Virus record (IMG/VR): IMGVR_UViG_3300021387_000133 | Coordinates: 1-41,909 of that record | Length of the DNA: 41,909 nucleotides | From: a virus | Direction: 5' to 3' (one strand) | Part shown: piece after piece, positions 25,680-34,890 of the stretch | Numbering within the stretch: the first letter of the stretch is position 1 | Layout: each line of letters starts with the position of its first letter | The notes under the pieces: generated by a model | The model's input: only the letters and a program-made list of their open reading frames with translations | Told to the model about the DNA's origin: nothing | Database searches by the model: none | Translations under genes and position numbers: made by a program

Positions 25680-26331
25680 CCCTGTCACCCCCGTCACCGT
25701 TCATAATGTCATCCATGTACGGCAGATCAGAAAGAACCTTCACAAAGTCATTCCATTCATCAAGTTTGTGGCCTGTGCGCTGCCTGATCATACTTGCAGC
25801 GTTTTCATAGTCCATTGTCACCGTGCGCTTCTGATTGTAGGATGACGGCAGCAACTGTATCATCTGCCACCACCATTTTTTATCTTTTGTATTCAGATAC
25901 AGTTCCCTTGCAGTGTTCAGGTCTGCAATAGTCCTATGCATAGAACTGATGAACACGGCAGCATGATCATTGTCTTCAATCAGATGTTCCATGCTGAAAT
26001 CATCATCTGTGAATTCCTTTGCTGCTATCTTGTGCATAGTAGAACAGGAATTTGCCGTTGTCCCGACCTTGTACGTGTCAAATTCCTTCCACCAATACAG
26101 CGGTGCGGTGATATCCATTGACACGAAAATCTGACGCATATACTTACGGTGTTCAGTCCCTGCCCTGAACAACTTATGCATCAACTGTTGGTCAGCGCCA
26201 CCCATGCGGAACACACCGCCTTCAAGATCAAAGATGGTATCAGCCCTGTCCCATGAATTCATAGGGTTGCGCATACCACGCATTGCATGATTGAACCCCC
26301 ACACATTTACATCATCCACACGTATCATCAT
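25672..26331 (-). CDS. ThyX-like (flavin-dependent thymidylate synthase fold) protein with a non-canonical signature motif
   Basis: 219 aa. The layout by eye resembles ThyX (EH...F.S.DITAP... then LLPSSY..R...). However, no RHR tripeptide and no SxRY element are present. Confidence 0.45.
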   Translation of the reverse strand: MMIRVDDVNVWGFNHAMRGMRNPMNSWDRADTIFDLEGGVFRMGGADQQLMHKLFRAGTEHRKYMRQIFVSMDITAPLYWWKEFDTYKVGTTANSCSTMHKIAAKEFTDDDFSMEHLIEDNDHAAVFISSMHRTIADLNTARELYLNTKDKKWWWQMIQLLPSSYNQKRTVTMDYENAASMIRQRTGHKLDEWNDFVKVLSDLPYMDDIMNGDGGDRDV

Positions 26332-26342
26332 TCATACCCCTT

Positions 26343-26702
26343 TCAGTAAATCAGCACCGGTGTCCAGTCAGGAACAGTCCGGTAAATGTCAACAAGATCA
26401 TCAGCAGCAATGTTCAGACCAAGGTTTTCTATTTCAGCAACCGTCCTGACTTGCGGTGTGGTCACTTCCTGCTGAACAGTGCAGTTGTAGTGCTTCAGCG
26501 GTGTTATTGCCCGGTACAGACCAATCAGGCCGTTGCCGGTGTCGATCATGACAAAGTAGTCATCAGCATCATAGTGAAGTTCCTGACGGTTCATTGCTTC
26601 AATGACCGCCTGCCGTCTGTTGTACTGCCTGACCGCACCACCCAAATACAAGCAGGTCACCAAGATCAGAACCCAACATATCAGTTCAATCTTTCGTTTC
26701 AT
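26343..26702 (-). CDS. Hypothetical membrane-anchored protein
   Basis: 119 aa with an N-terminal TM helix. Confidence 0.5.
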   Translation of the reverse strand: MKRKIELICWVLILVTCLYLGGAVRQYNRRQAVIEAMNRQELHYDADDYFVMIDTGNGLIGLYRAITPLKHYNCTVQQEVTTPQVRTVAEIENLGLNIAADDLVDIYRTVPDWTPVLIY

Positions 26703-26887
26703 CCGTGTATATCCTCATTCATAACCATTTCAAGTGCATCTTTTGGTATCTCAAACGTGTACCCGTCAAGACTGCTGCCAAGTTCAAGCAACACCCGGTC
26801 ACCTTCTTCCTTCAGGTTACATTTGACCAAGAATGCCCCGTCAATCTGATTGTCATTTACAATGATGTTCACGGTCATGCAGATCAC
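26699..26887 (-). CDS. Hypothetical protein
   Basis: 62 aa with overlapping start and stop codons within the operon. Confidence 0.45.
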   Translation of the reverse strand: MICMTVNIIVNDNQIDGAFLVKCNLKEEGDRVLLELGSSLDGYTFEIPKDALEMVMNEDIHG

Positions 26888-27216
26888 CTTTCACTTTCCG
26901 GTGTTACCTTGAAACCTATGCCGGTGTAGTCCAAAACCATCTGTTCATATTCTTCAACTGTCCATACCCCTTCATTGAATTCTTCATAGTAGTCTGTCAG
27001 GTATTCAGCGAATTCAGGCAGACGTTTCTTTGAACCCCACCCGTATTTTTCACGCAACACCAACACAGGAAGTGCGAACATCAGCACCATAGCGTGGTGC
27101 AATGCTTCATTCATTGCCTTTTTCTTGATTTCTTCAATCTGCTGAACATTCAGGTTGTAGGTCTTTTCACTTTTGGCAGCTTCACGCTGCTGCCGTCTGA
27201 TTTCTGCCCTTGTCAT
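26884..27216 (-). CDS. Hypothetical protein
   Basis: 110 aa, located in the operon. Confidence 0.5.
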   Translation of the reverse strand: MTRAEIRRQQREAAKSEKTYNLNVQQIEEIKKKAMNEALHHAMVLMFALPVLVLREKYGWGSKKRLPEFAEYLTDYYEEFNEGVWTVEEYEQMVLDYTGIGFKVTPESER

Positions 27217-27416
27217 TTGAACACCTTCCCTGTCTTTTTGTGCTTAAATGTTACCCGTCCAACAATTTCAAACCCTGCAAAACCGGCAATATCCCGGAAT
27301 ATGTGAATAAGTCTGTGAACAGCAGCGTCCTGTTCTGCATCTTCTTTCACCTGTGCCTGCATTCCAAAGAATGCTGTCGGGTCTGCATATCCTTCACTGT
27401 TCTTGTACCCCATCAT
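27213..27416 (-). CDS. Hypothetical protein
   Basis: 67 aa, overlapping the primase stop. Confidence 0.5.
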   Translation of the reverse strand: MMGYKNSEGYADPTAFFGMQAQVKEDAEQDAAVHRLIHIFRDIAGFAGFEIVGRVTFKHKKTGKVFK

Positions 27417-29317
27417 TCAACGTCCCTTTCAAATACCCGTTTGTTTTTACCCCCTATTTTTTTCGGTACTGACTTCAGGTGCAACCGCTTGCACAACTGC
27501 TTGCAGAACACAATCTTTCCCATAGGGTTCATGTTGTTTTCTGCACAGAACACGGTGTAAACCCGGTAAATGTCTTCTGTCGGTTCATGCAGAATGTCAT
27601 CAAGTTCATATTCATTCAGGAATGCAAGAATGGGGTTGTTTTCTTCTTCATAGCTGTCAACCTGTCCCTGAACCTTTACGGACTTGGTGAATTCATCGTT
27701 TTCAAGTATCCGTTTCAGACCTTCTATGCCCAACCTGATCAGATATTCAATACACTGTTCCTTGATCAGATCATATTTAATGAACGGCCTGTATTCCGGG
27801 TCAGGTGATCCGTCAGACAGATACTTTGAAAAACGGGCATTGAACGGTATAATTATCAACCGCCTGAGAACAGCACCGGTCTTGTCCTTCATCCTTGGAA
27901 TGTCATTTGCTGAAAACAGCAGTTTGACATACGGGTTGAATTCAAAGGGGTCTTGTCCTTTTCTTTCTGCCTTGATACGGTTGCCGGTCACAACCTTCTT
28001 GAACATTGCAACCTGATTACCCTGTAAGAAATCATCACCGATATCATCACCAATGTTTGCCAGTTTCCCGAACATCATTGAAGTGCTGAACCTGTCCCCC
28101 AATTCTTTCAGGTCAAGTGCTGAAATGTTTTCTTCTCCAAGTATGGCCTTGACCACATCAAGGAAGGTTGACTTTCCGTTTGACTTGTCCCCGGTCAGAA
28201 TGAATGCCTTGCCCAATTCATTACGCCTGTACATACAGTAACCAATGCATTCTTCAAGTAATGCCCTGATTTCTGCATCACCGCATGACAGCCGGTTCAG
28301 GGTCTTGTCACCAAGTTCATCATATGCAGAAGGGTTGTAATTCCAATCAATGCGGTTGGTCAGAACAATGTCAGGTGATGGTTCGATCAGTTCCCCGGTC
28401 ACCAAGTTCAGAACACCGTTCCTGAATGCTATGTATTTAGCGTCAGCCTGCTGAACAGGGTGTGCAATCAGTTCCATGTAATCAATCACTTCCCGTCTTG
28501 CGGTTTTCTTCAGGTTCGGAATATACCCGATCATGGTTTTTGCTATGTCTTTGTACCCCTGCCAGTAAAGGCCGTCACGGTATACGTGCAACTGACCGTT
28601 GATCTTGACCACATGACACACATTCACCATGTATGCAGCGAACTTGTCAAACAGGAAGGTGCTGCCCTTGTAGAACACCGGCTTTTGGAATGCGTCATCA
28701 CGCAAGACGGTTTCAATTTCTTCATCAGGCAGCGGTGACTTCAGGATGTATTTGTTGATGATCCTGATTGTTTCCCTGCTTTCATCCACATTGAAATCAT
28801 TGGTCTGAAGGTTCAGGATGTAGTTGAACAGTTCCTGATTTCTTCCGTCCCCTTCACCCATGTCAATGAAGTCAGGCACACGTTTCAGCGGTTGCAGCCA
28901 TTTTGGTAATTCTTGGTATTTACCACCTTCTTCAATATCCCATTCAATGAACCGTTCTTCATGGTTGTACTTCAGGACTTCATAACTGTTTTTTGTACCC
29001 ACCTTGATATCAGCTTTCAGACCAATAGCAAGTGAAACCTTGGTGTAACACTGTTTCACTGCCGTGTTCCTGAACAGGAAGTGTCTGCCCCGTGACGTTT
29101 GAATGACCCTGCAATCAAGCTGCATATCATCCACTATCTGCATCAGAATTTCAGACTGCTTCTGATCATCAATATCAATCAGTATCACGTCTTTTGCCAG
29201 TACACCGGCATATTCAGGAAGGTCTTGCACATCTTCCAAGGTCTTCAGGTCAGAACGGCCTTTGAACTTTTCTATACATTCTTTGTCTTTGGTTTCTACA
29301 TATCCCCTGTACAGCAC
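27413..29317 (-). CDS. Primase-helicase (P4-alpha / D5-family NTPase with N-terminal primase-like domain)
   Basis: 634 aa with Walker A GDKSNGKST and an N-terminal acidic LIDIDD motif. The overall architecture matches phage/plasmid primases of the P4 family. Confidence 0.8.
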   Translation of the reverse strand: MLYRGYVETKDKECIEKFKGRSDLKTLEDVQDLPEYAGVLAKDVILIDIDDQKQSEILMQIVDDMQLDCRVIQTSRGRHFLFRNTAVKQCYTKVSLAIGLKADIKVGTKNSYEVLKYNHEERFIEWDIEEGGKYQELPKWLQPLKRVPDFIDMGEGDGRNQELFNYILNLQTNDFNVDESRETIRIINKYILKSPLPDEEIETVLRDDAFQKPVFYKGSTFLFDKFAAYMVNVCHVVKINGQLHVYRDGLYWQGYKDIAKTMIGYIPNLKKTARREVIDYMELIAHPVQQADAKYIAFRNGVLNLVTGELIEPSPDIVLTNRIDWNYNPSAYDELGDKTLNRLSCGDAEIRALLEECIGYCMYRRNELGKAFILTGDKSNGKSTFLDVVKAILGEENISALDLKELGDRFSTSMMFGKLANIGDDIGDDFLQGNQVAMFKKVVTGNRIKAERKGQDPFEFNPYVKLLFSANDIPRMKDKTGAVLRRLIIIPFNARFSKYLSDGSPDPEYRPFIKYDLIKEQCIEYLIRLGIEGLKRILENDEFTKSVKVQGQVDSYEEENNPILAFLNEYELDDILHEPTEDIYRVYTVFCAENNMNPMGKIVFCKQLCKRLHLKSVPKKIGGKNKRVFERDVE

Positions 29318-29318
29318 G

Positions 29319-29798
29319 TCACCACCTGCTTTCTTTGAACTGCTGTACAGTCAGCAAGTTTGCCTGCAACCTTTTCAGCTTGCTTGACAGCCGGGTGAAT
29401 TCTGATCTTGTGTCACTGACCTGTGTCTGAAGTTCTTTCTTCTTTTTTCGCATCTGTTCAAGTTCTTCTTTCGTGACCGGCACACCGTTGACTTTCTTCT
29501 TTGCCTTGATGCACCTTTTCAGTTCTTCAAGTTCTGTCTTCACCGTGACGTGATCATTTGCACACTGCTTTGCAGCAGCCTTGGTTTCAGGTATTGCGCT
29601 GTTCAAATAGTTCAGCATCAGTTCAACATTCTGTTCAATTCTTGACCATTCACAATCTTTCTGAATGACCCTGAACAGTTTTTTCAGGTCATTGGTTGGT
29701 GCAGGAAAAAAAAATTCAAAGTTTATCCGCATTTCACCCCGTGAACCTGACCCATTTATACAGTCAAGTGTGTCCCACTTGATCATCAGATCATTCAT
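29319..29798 (-). CDS. Hypothetical coiled-coil protein
   Basis: Trimmed to the ATG at 29798 (MNDLMIKWD), which overlaps the polymerase TGA as ATGA. Confidence 0.5.
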   Translation of the reverse strand: MNDLMIKWDTLDCINGSGSRGEMRINFEFFFPAPTNDLKKLFRVIQKDCEWSRIEQNVELMLNYLNSAIPETKAAAKQCANDHVTVKTELEELKRCIKAKKKVNGVPVTKEELEQMRKKKKELQTQVSDTRSEFTRLSSKLKRLQANLLTVQQFKESRW

Positions 29799-31672
29799 AG
29801 TGTCACCCCGTAATCTTTCAGCCTGTCCTTTGCCTTGTTGATATACCATTGCTTATCAAGGTATACCGGGCAATGAATTCCCGTGATTTCATCATTCCAG
29901 ATGAAACAGCAATCAGGCGTATTCCCGAATTTGTCACGCTTCACTTTCCCTTTGAAGTGCTTGCACTTCAGAATTCTGCCGTATCCCGTTTTTTGTGCTG
30001 CAAACACCCGGTATGACTTATATGTGAATTTCTCTGACCGTATCTGATCATGGTCAATGATTTCATGTTCCACCCATTCATATTTGTCTGACAGCTTCAC
30101 AACCTTCTGAAACTGTATCAGGTCATCACATTCACCAATGGTCTGTTCAACCGGTGTCCGGTGCACCATGTATTCAACCAATGCCCTGTTCAGTATGGGC
30201 AGATCATTGTCAATGGGTGACAGTTCTTTCACATATGCCCCCTTGCGTTCAACCTTCCCGTCTGCATCAATCCAAAGGTAATTGTTCACGTCCTTCTGAT
30301 AGATTTCTGCAATCACGTCCAGTCCCAACAAGATACTGCACTTGTCTGTGCTGCAACGGGTTTCCCAATCAAAACAGATATCATCCACCATATCAAAGGC
30401 CGTCTGTCTGTCGGGTATCCTGATAATCAGGCCGTCCGTGTTGGACTGTATCAGTTCAAACCCCGGTACAGCTTCAAGGTGTTCAATCAGGTCAAGCAGC
30501 ATCAGTTGACCATTGATACACATACAGTTGTTGTTTCGTGGGTCATATGCCGGGTTTGTTGCGTCCTTCATTGCCCCTGACAGGGCATTCAGCAGTTTTT
30601 TATACGGGGCTTGTTCTTTCTTTTTTCCCTGTGCTTTCAACTGCATCCTGGTATCATAAACGTGCTTGTACTGTTCCGGTGCATCAGCAGCCCTTGTGAC
30701 CAAATCCCATGCAATCAGCATTGACGGGTAATATGACCCCACATCAACGTGTAAAATCAGGCCGTCCAGATGCACCGGTTCGGCAATCGCACCGTGCAGG
30801 CCACCAAACCCGAACGTGTGCGGTATCCCTGCAATGTTGGTTTCTAATGACTGCTTGTAAAAATCCCGTTTCAGTGTCCATTCATCAGCCGGGTGACCTT
30901 GACCGGTTCTTGCCAATTCTTCATTGAATTCAAGTGAATACTTGATATCTTCCTGTTTCTGCCTGAACCAGTCCATCACATACCTGTACTTGGTCAATTC
31001 GATGCACGGCAGGAAGTAATAATCAAATTCATCTTTGAAATTCCGCTTGCTGCACTGAAGCACTTTTGACGTGATCCGTGCTTCAGTATCCCCCACACAG
31101 TTCAAGGGCAGGTCAAACGCCTTGACAATACCCATCTGTGCGTCATATTCAGACTTGCGCTGCATGAATACCTTCATGGTTTCTTCAACGTCATGCCTGC
31201 AATAGAAAATGGTCTGCTGAATTTCTTCAGGTGTCAGTTTCCGGTCAATGTTGAACGGCACATCAGTTTCTTTGATGTTTGAACCAAGGAAACCTTCAAG
31301 GGTCTTCAATCCTATTGGTGGGTTTGGCATTACATCATAGTTGTTCAGCGGTATTTTTCTAAGAAGGCTTGAAAACTGCCACGGTTCTTTTTTGTCAACT
31401 ATGATCCAGTCATTTAGTTCTTTCGGGTTCAGACCACACAGAATGCACTTCAGGATATATGCGTCATAGTGTCTGCTGTTGAACCCCACCCACACATCAG
31501 CCTTGTTCCGGTTGTAAATGTCCTGCAACTGATCCTTGTTGTTCACAATGACATATTCCTGCCGGGTCTTTGTGTCGATGATCACAACCAACCAGTCATA
31601 TTTGAAGACTTCAAAGTCATAGAACAGCACCTGTTTTTCACCTTCTTTCCGCTGATCACCCCGGCAGATCAT
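29795..31672 (-). CDS. Family B DNA polymerase
   Basis: 625 aa. Exo motif FYDFEV, motif A DVGSYYPSM (DxxSLYPS-like), motif B KKLLNALSG and motif C SNTDGLII are all present. Confidence 0.8.
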   Translation of the reverse strand: MICRGDQRKEGEKQVLFYDFEVFKYDWLVVIIDTKTRQEYVIVNNKDQLQDIYNRNKADVWVGFNSRHYDAYILKCILCGLNPKELNDWIIVDKKEPWQFSSLLRKIPLNNYDVMPNPPIGLKTLEGFLGSNIKETDVPFNIDRKLTPEEIQQTIFYCRHDVEETMKVFMQRKSEYDAQMGIVKAFDLPLNCVGDTEARITSKVLQCSKRNFKDEFDYYFLPCIELTKYRYVMDWFRQKQEDIKYSLEFNEELARTGQGHPADEWTLKRDFYKQSLETNIAGIPHTFGFGGLHGAIAEPVHLDGLILHVDVGSYYPSMLIAWDLVTRAADAPEQYKHVYDTRMQLKAQGKKKEQAPYKKLLNALSGAMKDATNPAYDPRNNNCMCINGQLMLLDLIEHLEAVPGFELIQSNTDGLIIRIPDRQTAFDMVDDICFDWETRCSTDKCSILLGLDVIAEIYQKDVNNYLWIDADGKVERKGAYVKELSPIDNDLPILNRALVEYMVHRTPVEQTIGECDDLIQFQKVVKLSDKYEWVEHEIIDHDQIRSEKFTYKSYRVFAAQKTGYGRILKCKHFKGKVKRDKFGNTPDCCFIWNDEITGIHCPVYLDKQWYINKAKDRLKDYGVTL

Positions 31673-31701
31673 ACCGGGGTGACCTTTGCTATTCCTGAAC
31701 C

Positions 31702-32175
31702 TTAATCTTCAATGATTTCCTTGATGGTGATGCTGTTGAATGCGTTCGGGTCATAATCCACCCGGTACGTCAGTTCAAGTTCTTCCAATGCTTCAGCAAT
31801 GTCATCAATCATACCTGCAAACTGCTTGTAGGTCTTGAACTTGGTGCTGATCAGTTCGCCGTCTTCATCCTCTGCTTCAAGTTTGGCAAGCCATCCTTCA
31901 GCAGATGCAATCATTCTGCCGTCATTCTTTGTGCCGTAAATGACACGGTTCATGAACAGGTGCTGACCCTTGAACTTGCCTTTCAGGATTTTGGCAGAAA
32001 CCTTCAGCATAGGCCGGTTGTCATTCTTGGTCAGTCCAAGTTCGATCTTGTCAAACTGCACTTCATATGATCCTTTGGGAATTTCAGGAAAATCACTGTT
32101 GCGACCTTCAGAAATGTCCTTCTGAAGCTGTTCACTATCCACTGCCTTGTCAAATTCATTCCAATTCACTGCCAT
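31702..32175 (-). CDS. DUF669-like protein (possible ssDNA-binding partner of the AAA_24 ATPase)
   Basis: 157 aa, in the usual position next to the AAA_24 gene. Confidence 0.5.
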   Translation of the reverse strand: MAVNWNEFDKAVDSEQLQKDISEGRNSDFPEIPKGSYEVQFDKIELGLTKNDNRPMLKVSAKILKGKFKGQHLFMNRVIYGTKNDGRMIASAEGWLAKLEAEDEDGELISTKFKTYKQFAGMIDDIAEALEELELTYRVDYDPNAFNSITIKEIIED

Positions 32176-32199
32176 TGTTCTGTTCTTCCTTTCTTTGAA

Positions 32200-33279
32200 T
32201 TATCTTCTTCTGCGTGTTCTGCGTGTTGCAGGTGCTTCTTCATCAGCGGTTTCTTCCTGTTCGGCCTGCTGTGCTGCAAGTTTGGCTTTCGCTTTCTCAA
32301 ACGCTGCCTTTGCCCCGGTCATAGGTGCATCATCTTCAGCGTCTTCAGCAGAACCGCCCACAATCGCACCTGTTCCGGTGTCCACGTCAGCAACTTCAGC
32401 CTTGCCCCGTTTCCGTCTGCTTGCCCTCTTTTCAGGTGGGTTCATAGCACCTGCGAATTCATCAAACGGCACTTCTTCATCAACCCCTTCAGGGATGTTC
32501 ATGAATTCAGGCAGTTCATCATCTCCCTGGTCTTCAACCTTGACAGGCGGTGTCTGATCATCGTCAGCTTTTTTTCTTGACCGCTTGCGCTTACCCGTGG
32601 CCTGTTCCGGTGTCACGTCAGATGCAGCAGCTTTGTCCTGCATTGCCATGACTTCATCAGACACAGCACCGTCAAATTCATAGTAGTTCTTGATCTTTTC
32701 ATCAACATACTTCAGGTCATTTTCAATAGCGAATGACGGAAACATACCAATGGGTGACTTCACGGTGTCCTTTCCGCTGTTCTGTGTCAGAAAGTTGTAC
32801 TTGCCATCAGACACAGACGTTTTCAGAACAATGGTGCACGTCCCTTCAACATTGATGCACTGATCAATCAGTTTTCCCATAGTCTTGAACTTTTCGTTGC
32901 CGTCCTGATCCCGTTCAATGTGTCCAAGCAGGTAAACAATCTTGTCTTCCTTCAGGGTGTTGATGAAATGCAGCAGGTTGAAGAAATTCTGTGCCATTTC
33001 ACTGAACTTGTCATAACCACGTTCTGTGACCCTGCGCATGAATTCATTGCCCATCAGATACTGTGCATCATCAATGACAATAGATGTTTTCTTGGTGTCC
33101 CTGATGAAATCTTCAATTTCATCATAATCATCACTGTTCAGCGTTTCGGTGAACCTGCCCTTGAACGGCAGCGGTTTCCCTGCCACGTTCACAAGGGCAA
33201 TTTCATCCTTGCCAAAGTTCCGCATACTTGCAGATTTTCCCGTACCGGATACACCCAAAATCAATACTGAAATACCCAT
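32200..33279 (-). CDS. AAA_24-type ATPase (Sak4/RecA-like) with a long charged low-complexity C-terminal tail
   Basis: Walker A GVSGTGKS and Walker B IVIDDAQ. The C-terminal ~150 aa are Asp/Glu/Ala/Arg-rich and end in RRTRRRR. Confidence 0.75.
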   Translation of the reverse strand: MGISVLILGVSGTGKSASMRNFGKDEIALVNVAGKPLPFKGRFTETLNSDDYDEIEDFIRDTKKTSIVIDDAQYLMGNEFMRRVTERGYDKFSEMAQNFFNLLHFINTLKEDKIVYLLGHIERDQDGNEKFKTMGKLIDQCINVEGTCTIVLKTSVSDGKYNFLTQNSGKDTVKSPIGMFPSFAIENDLKYVDEKIKNYYEFDGAVSDEVMAMQDKAAASDVTPEQATGKRKRSRKKADDDQTPPVKVEDQGDDELPEFMNIPEGVDEEVPFDEFAGAMNPPEKRASRRKRGKAEVADVDTGTGAIVGGSAEDAEDDAPMTGAKAAFEKAKAKLAAQQAEQEETADEEAPATRRTRRRR

Positions 33280-33303
33280 ATTCTTGACCTTCCTTTCTTT
33301 TAA

Positions 33304-33975
33304 TCAGCAAAACGGTAAATCTTCCGGTTCACCGGTTGTCAGTGCTTTAGTTTCCTGAACCTTGCTTGCCCACATATCAGCCCAATGAAGAATAAGCATC
33401 AGCGGTGTTTCATGCCCCTGCACATCATATTTCATAGAACCATACAGGCCGTCATGATACAGAATTGCATTCTGTTCTTCTTCCGTCAGGTCAATGTACA
33501 TCCAAGCAATGATGACTGACCTGATGCAGTGATCAACGTGCAGCAGTTCTTTGTTGATTTCAAAAGGCTTGCTTTCTGACTGCTTATATTTCTGTTCCGG
33601 GCTTGCCTTGGTGGGTTTCCCGTCCTTGATCATGTTCGGTACATAGTACGGTTTGTCAAACTGACCACACTTGCCAAGGTCATGAAGTGCTGCTGCAATC
33701 ATCACACTGTCATGAACCTTGTTGTATTCTTCAGCACCAAACAGGCACAGACCCAACTTTTCAGCATTTTCCATGACGTGCCGGGTGTGGTGTACAAGTC
33801 CATACTTGCAGGACAGGTGAAACTGACTGCTGCAAGGTGCTTCAAAGAACCCGATTTCATCCATGTAGTCAACAAGGTTTTCAATCCCTTCACGCTTGGT
33901 TGCAAGCAGCCTGTCAACCACATACTTTCTGTTATCCAATGTTTCAGCCATGTTGTTATTCATCCTTTCTATCAC
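33304..33975 (-). CDS. HD-domain phosphohydrolase
   Basis: AALHDLGK and additional His/Asp residues. The start codon is uncertain. Confidence 0.7.
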   Translation of the reverse strand: MIERMNNNMAETLDNRKYVVDRLLATKREGIENLVDYMDEIGFFEAPCSSQFHLSCKYGLVHHTRHVMENAEKLGLCLFGAEEYNKVHDSVMIAAALHDLGKCGQFDKPYYVPNMIKDGKPTKASPEQKYKQSESKPFEINKELLHVDHCIRSVIIAWMYIDLTEEEQNAILYHDGLYGSMKYDVQGHETPLMLILHWADMWASKVQETKALTTGEPEDLPFC

Positions 33976-34358
33976 TTGTAAATATCATCAAGTTTCTTGA
34001 ACGGCCTGCCGTTTGTGGTTTCCCAATATCCCGTCATCAGATCACCCTGAAACCGTTCAAACCCTGACGGGTAAAGGAAACACGCATCACCGCCACTGTC
34101 CCTGATCCTGTTGGTATTCAGCTTCTGAAGGTCTGACGGCCTGCCGTGTTGGGCTTTCAGTTCGATTGCAAGGAAGTGACCGTTGATATTCAAGATCATG
34201 TCAGGGATACCGCTTTTCTGATATCCACCACCCCATACCTTGAAATACCAACCAACCGCCTTGACCGTCATCTTGTCTTCAGGAAAACCGGCAGGGTATA
34301 CACCGATCTTGTGCAGCCATTTCTTCAGCCGGTTTTCAAGGTTCTTTTCTTCAGCCAT
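33972..34358 (-). CDS. VRR-NUC domain nuclease
   Basis: GIPDMIL...FLAIELK is a PD-(D/E)xK core. Confidence 0.7.
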   Translation of the reverse strand: MAEEKNLENRLKKWLHKIGVYPAGFPEDKMTVKAVGWYFKVWGGGYQKSGIPDMILNINGHFLAIELKAQHGRPSDLQKLNTNRIRDSGGDACFLYPSGFERFQGDLMTGYWETTNGRPFKKLDDIYK

Positions 34359-34370
34359 CCTTCACCCCCG

Positions 34371-34706
34371 TCAGAACTTCTTGCCGTGCAGATACGGCCT
34401 TGTCAGGTTGAATTCATGCTTTTCCTTGATAGCTGCTTCAAGATCAATGTTGTAGTAGTCAGCCATGTCAAAACATCTGATGACCACATCTGCCAGTTCT
34501 GCCGGTACACCTTCCGGTTTCCCGTCTTCCCGGTAATAGGTTTCTGTTGCAGAATGTCCTGACCGGAATTCTTCAAGCACTTCAGAAACTTCACTGTGAA
34601 TGAGTGCAACAAAGTCCGTGGGGGTGTTGTTCACTTCCCTGAACCCGTGCTTGCGGTTATTCAGACCAACCGCCTTGATGAAGTTCCTGATGTTCAAATC
34701 AGCCAT
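34371..34706 (-). CDS. MazG-like nucleotide pyrophosphohydrolase
   Basis: Trimmed to the ATG at 34706 behind AAAGGAAG. Carries the EVSEVLEE and ELADVVIRC motifs. Confidence 0.7.
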   Translation of the reverse strand: MADLNIRNFIKAVGLNNRKHGFREVNNTPTDFVALIHSEVSEVLEEFRSGHSATETYYREDGKPEGVPAELADVVIRCFDMADYYNIDLEAAIKEKHEFNLTRPYLHGKKF

Positions 34707-34890
34707 TTTTATACTTCCTTTCGTAATAGTCTTCATTCACCCAAAAGAACAGGTACAGCCAAAGAAGGTTAAAGCACAGCACCTTGAAATAAATCCAATC
34801 AGGGCTGTCAATGCAGCAGGCACAGAAGATTGCAGACAGGCCGTTCAACCATGTGATGGTTTTAAGAACTGTATTTTTCAAACAGCGCAT
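34699..34890 (-). CDS. Possible small membrane protein
   Basis: 63-aa hydrophobic ORF filling the junction between the SNF2 and MazG-like genes. It overlaps the SNF2 3' end. Confidence 0.3.
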   Translation of the reverse strand: MRCLKNTVLKTITWLNGLSAIFCACCIDSPDWIYFKVLCFNLLWLYLFFWVNEDYYERKYKNG

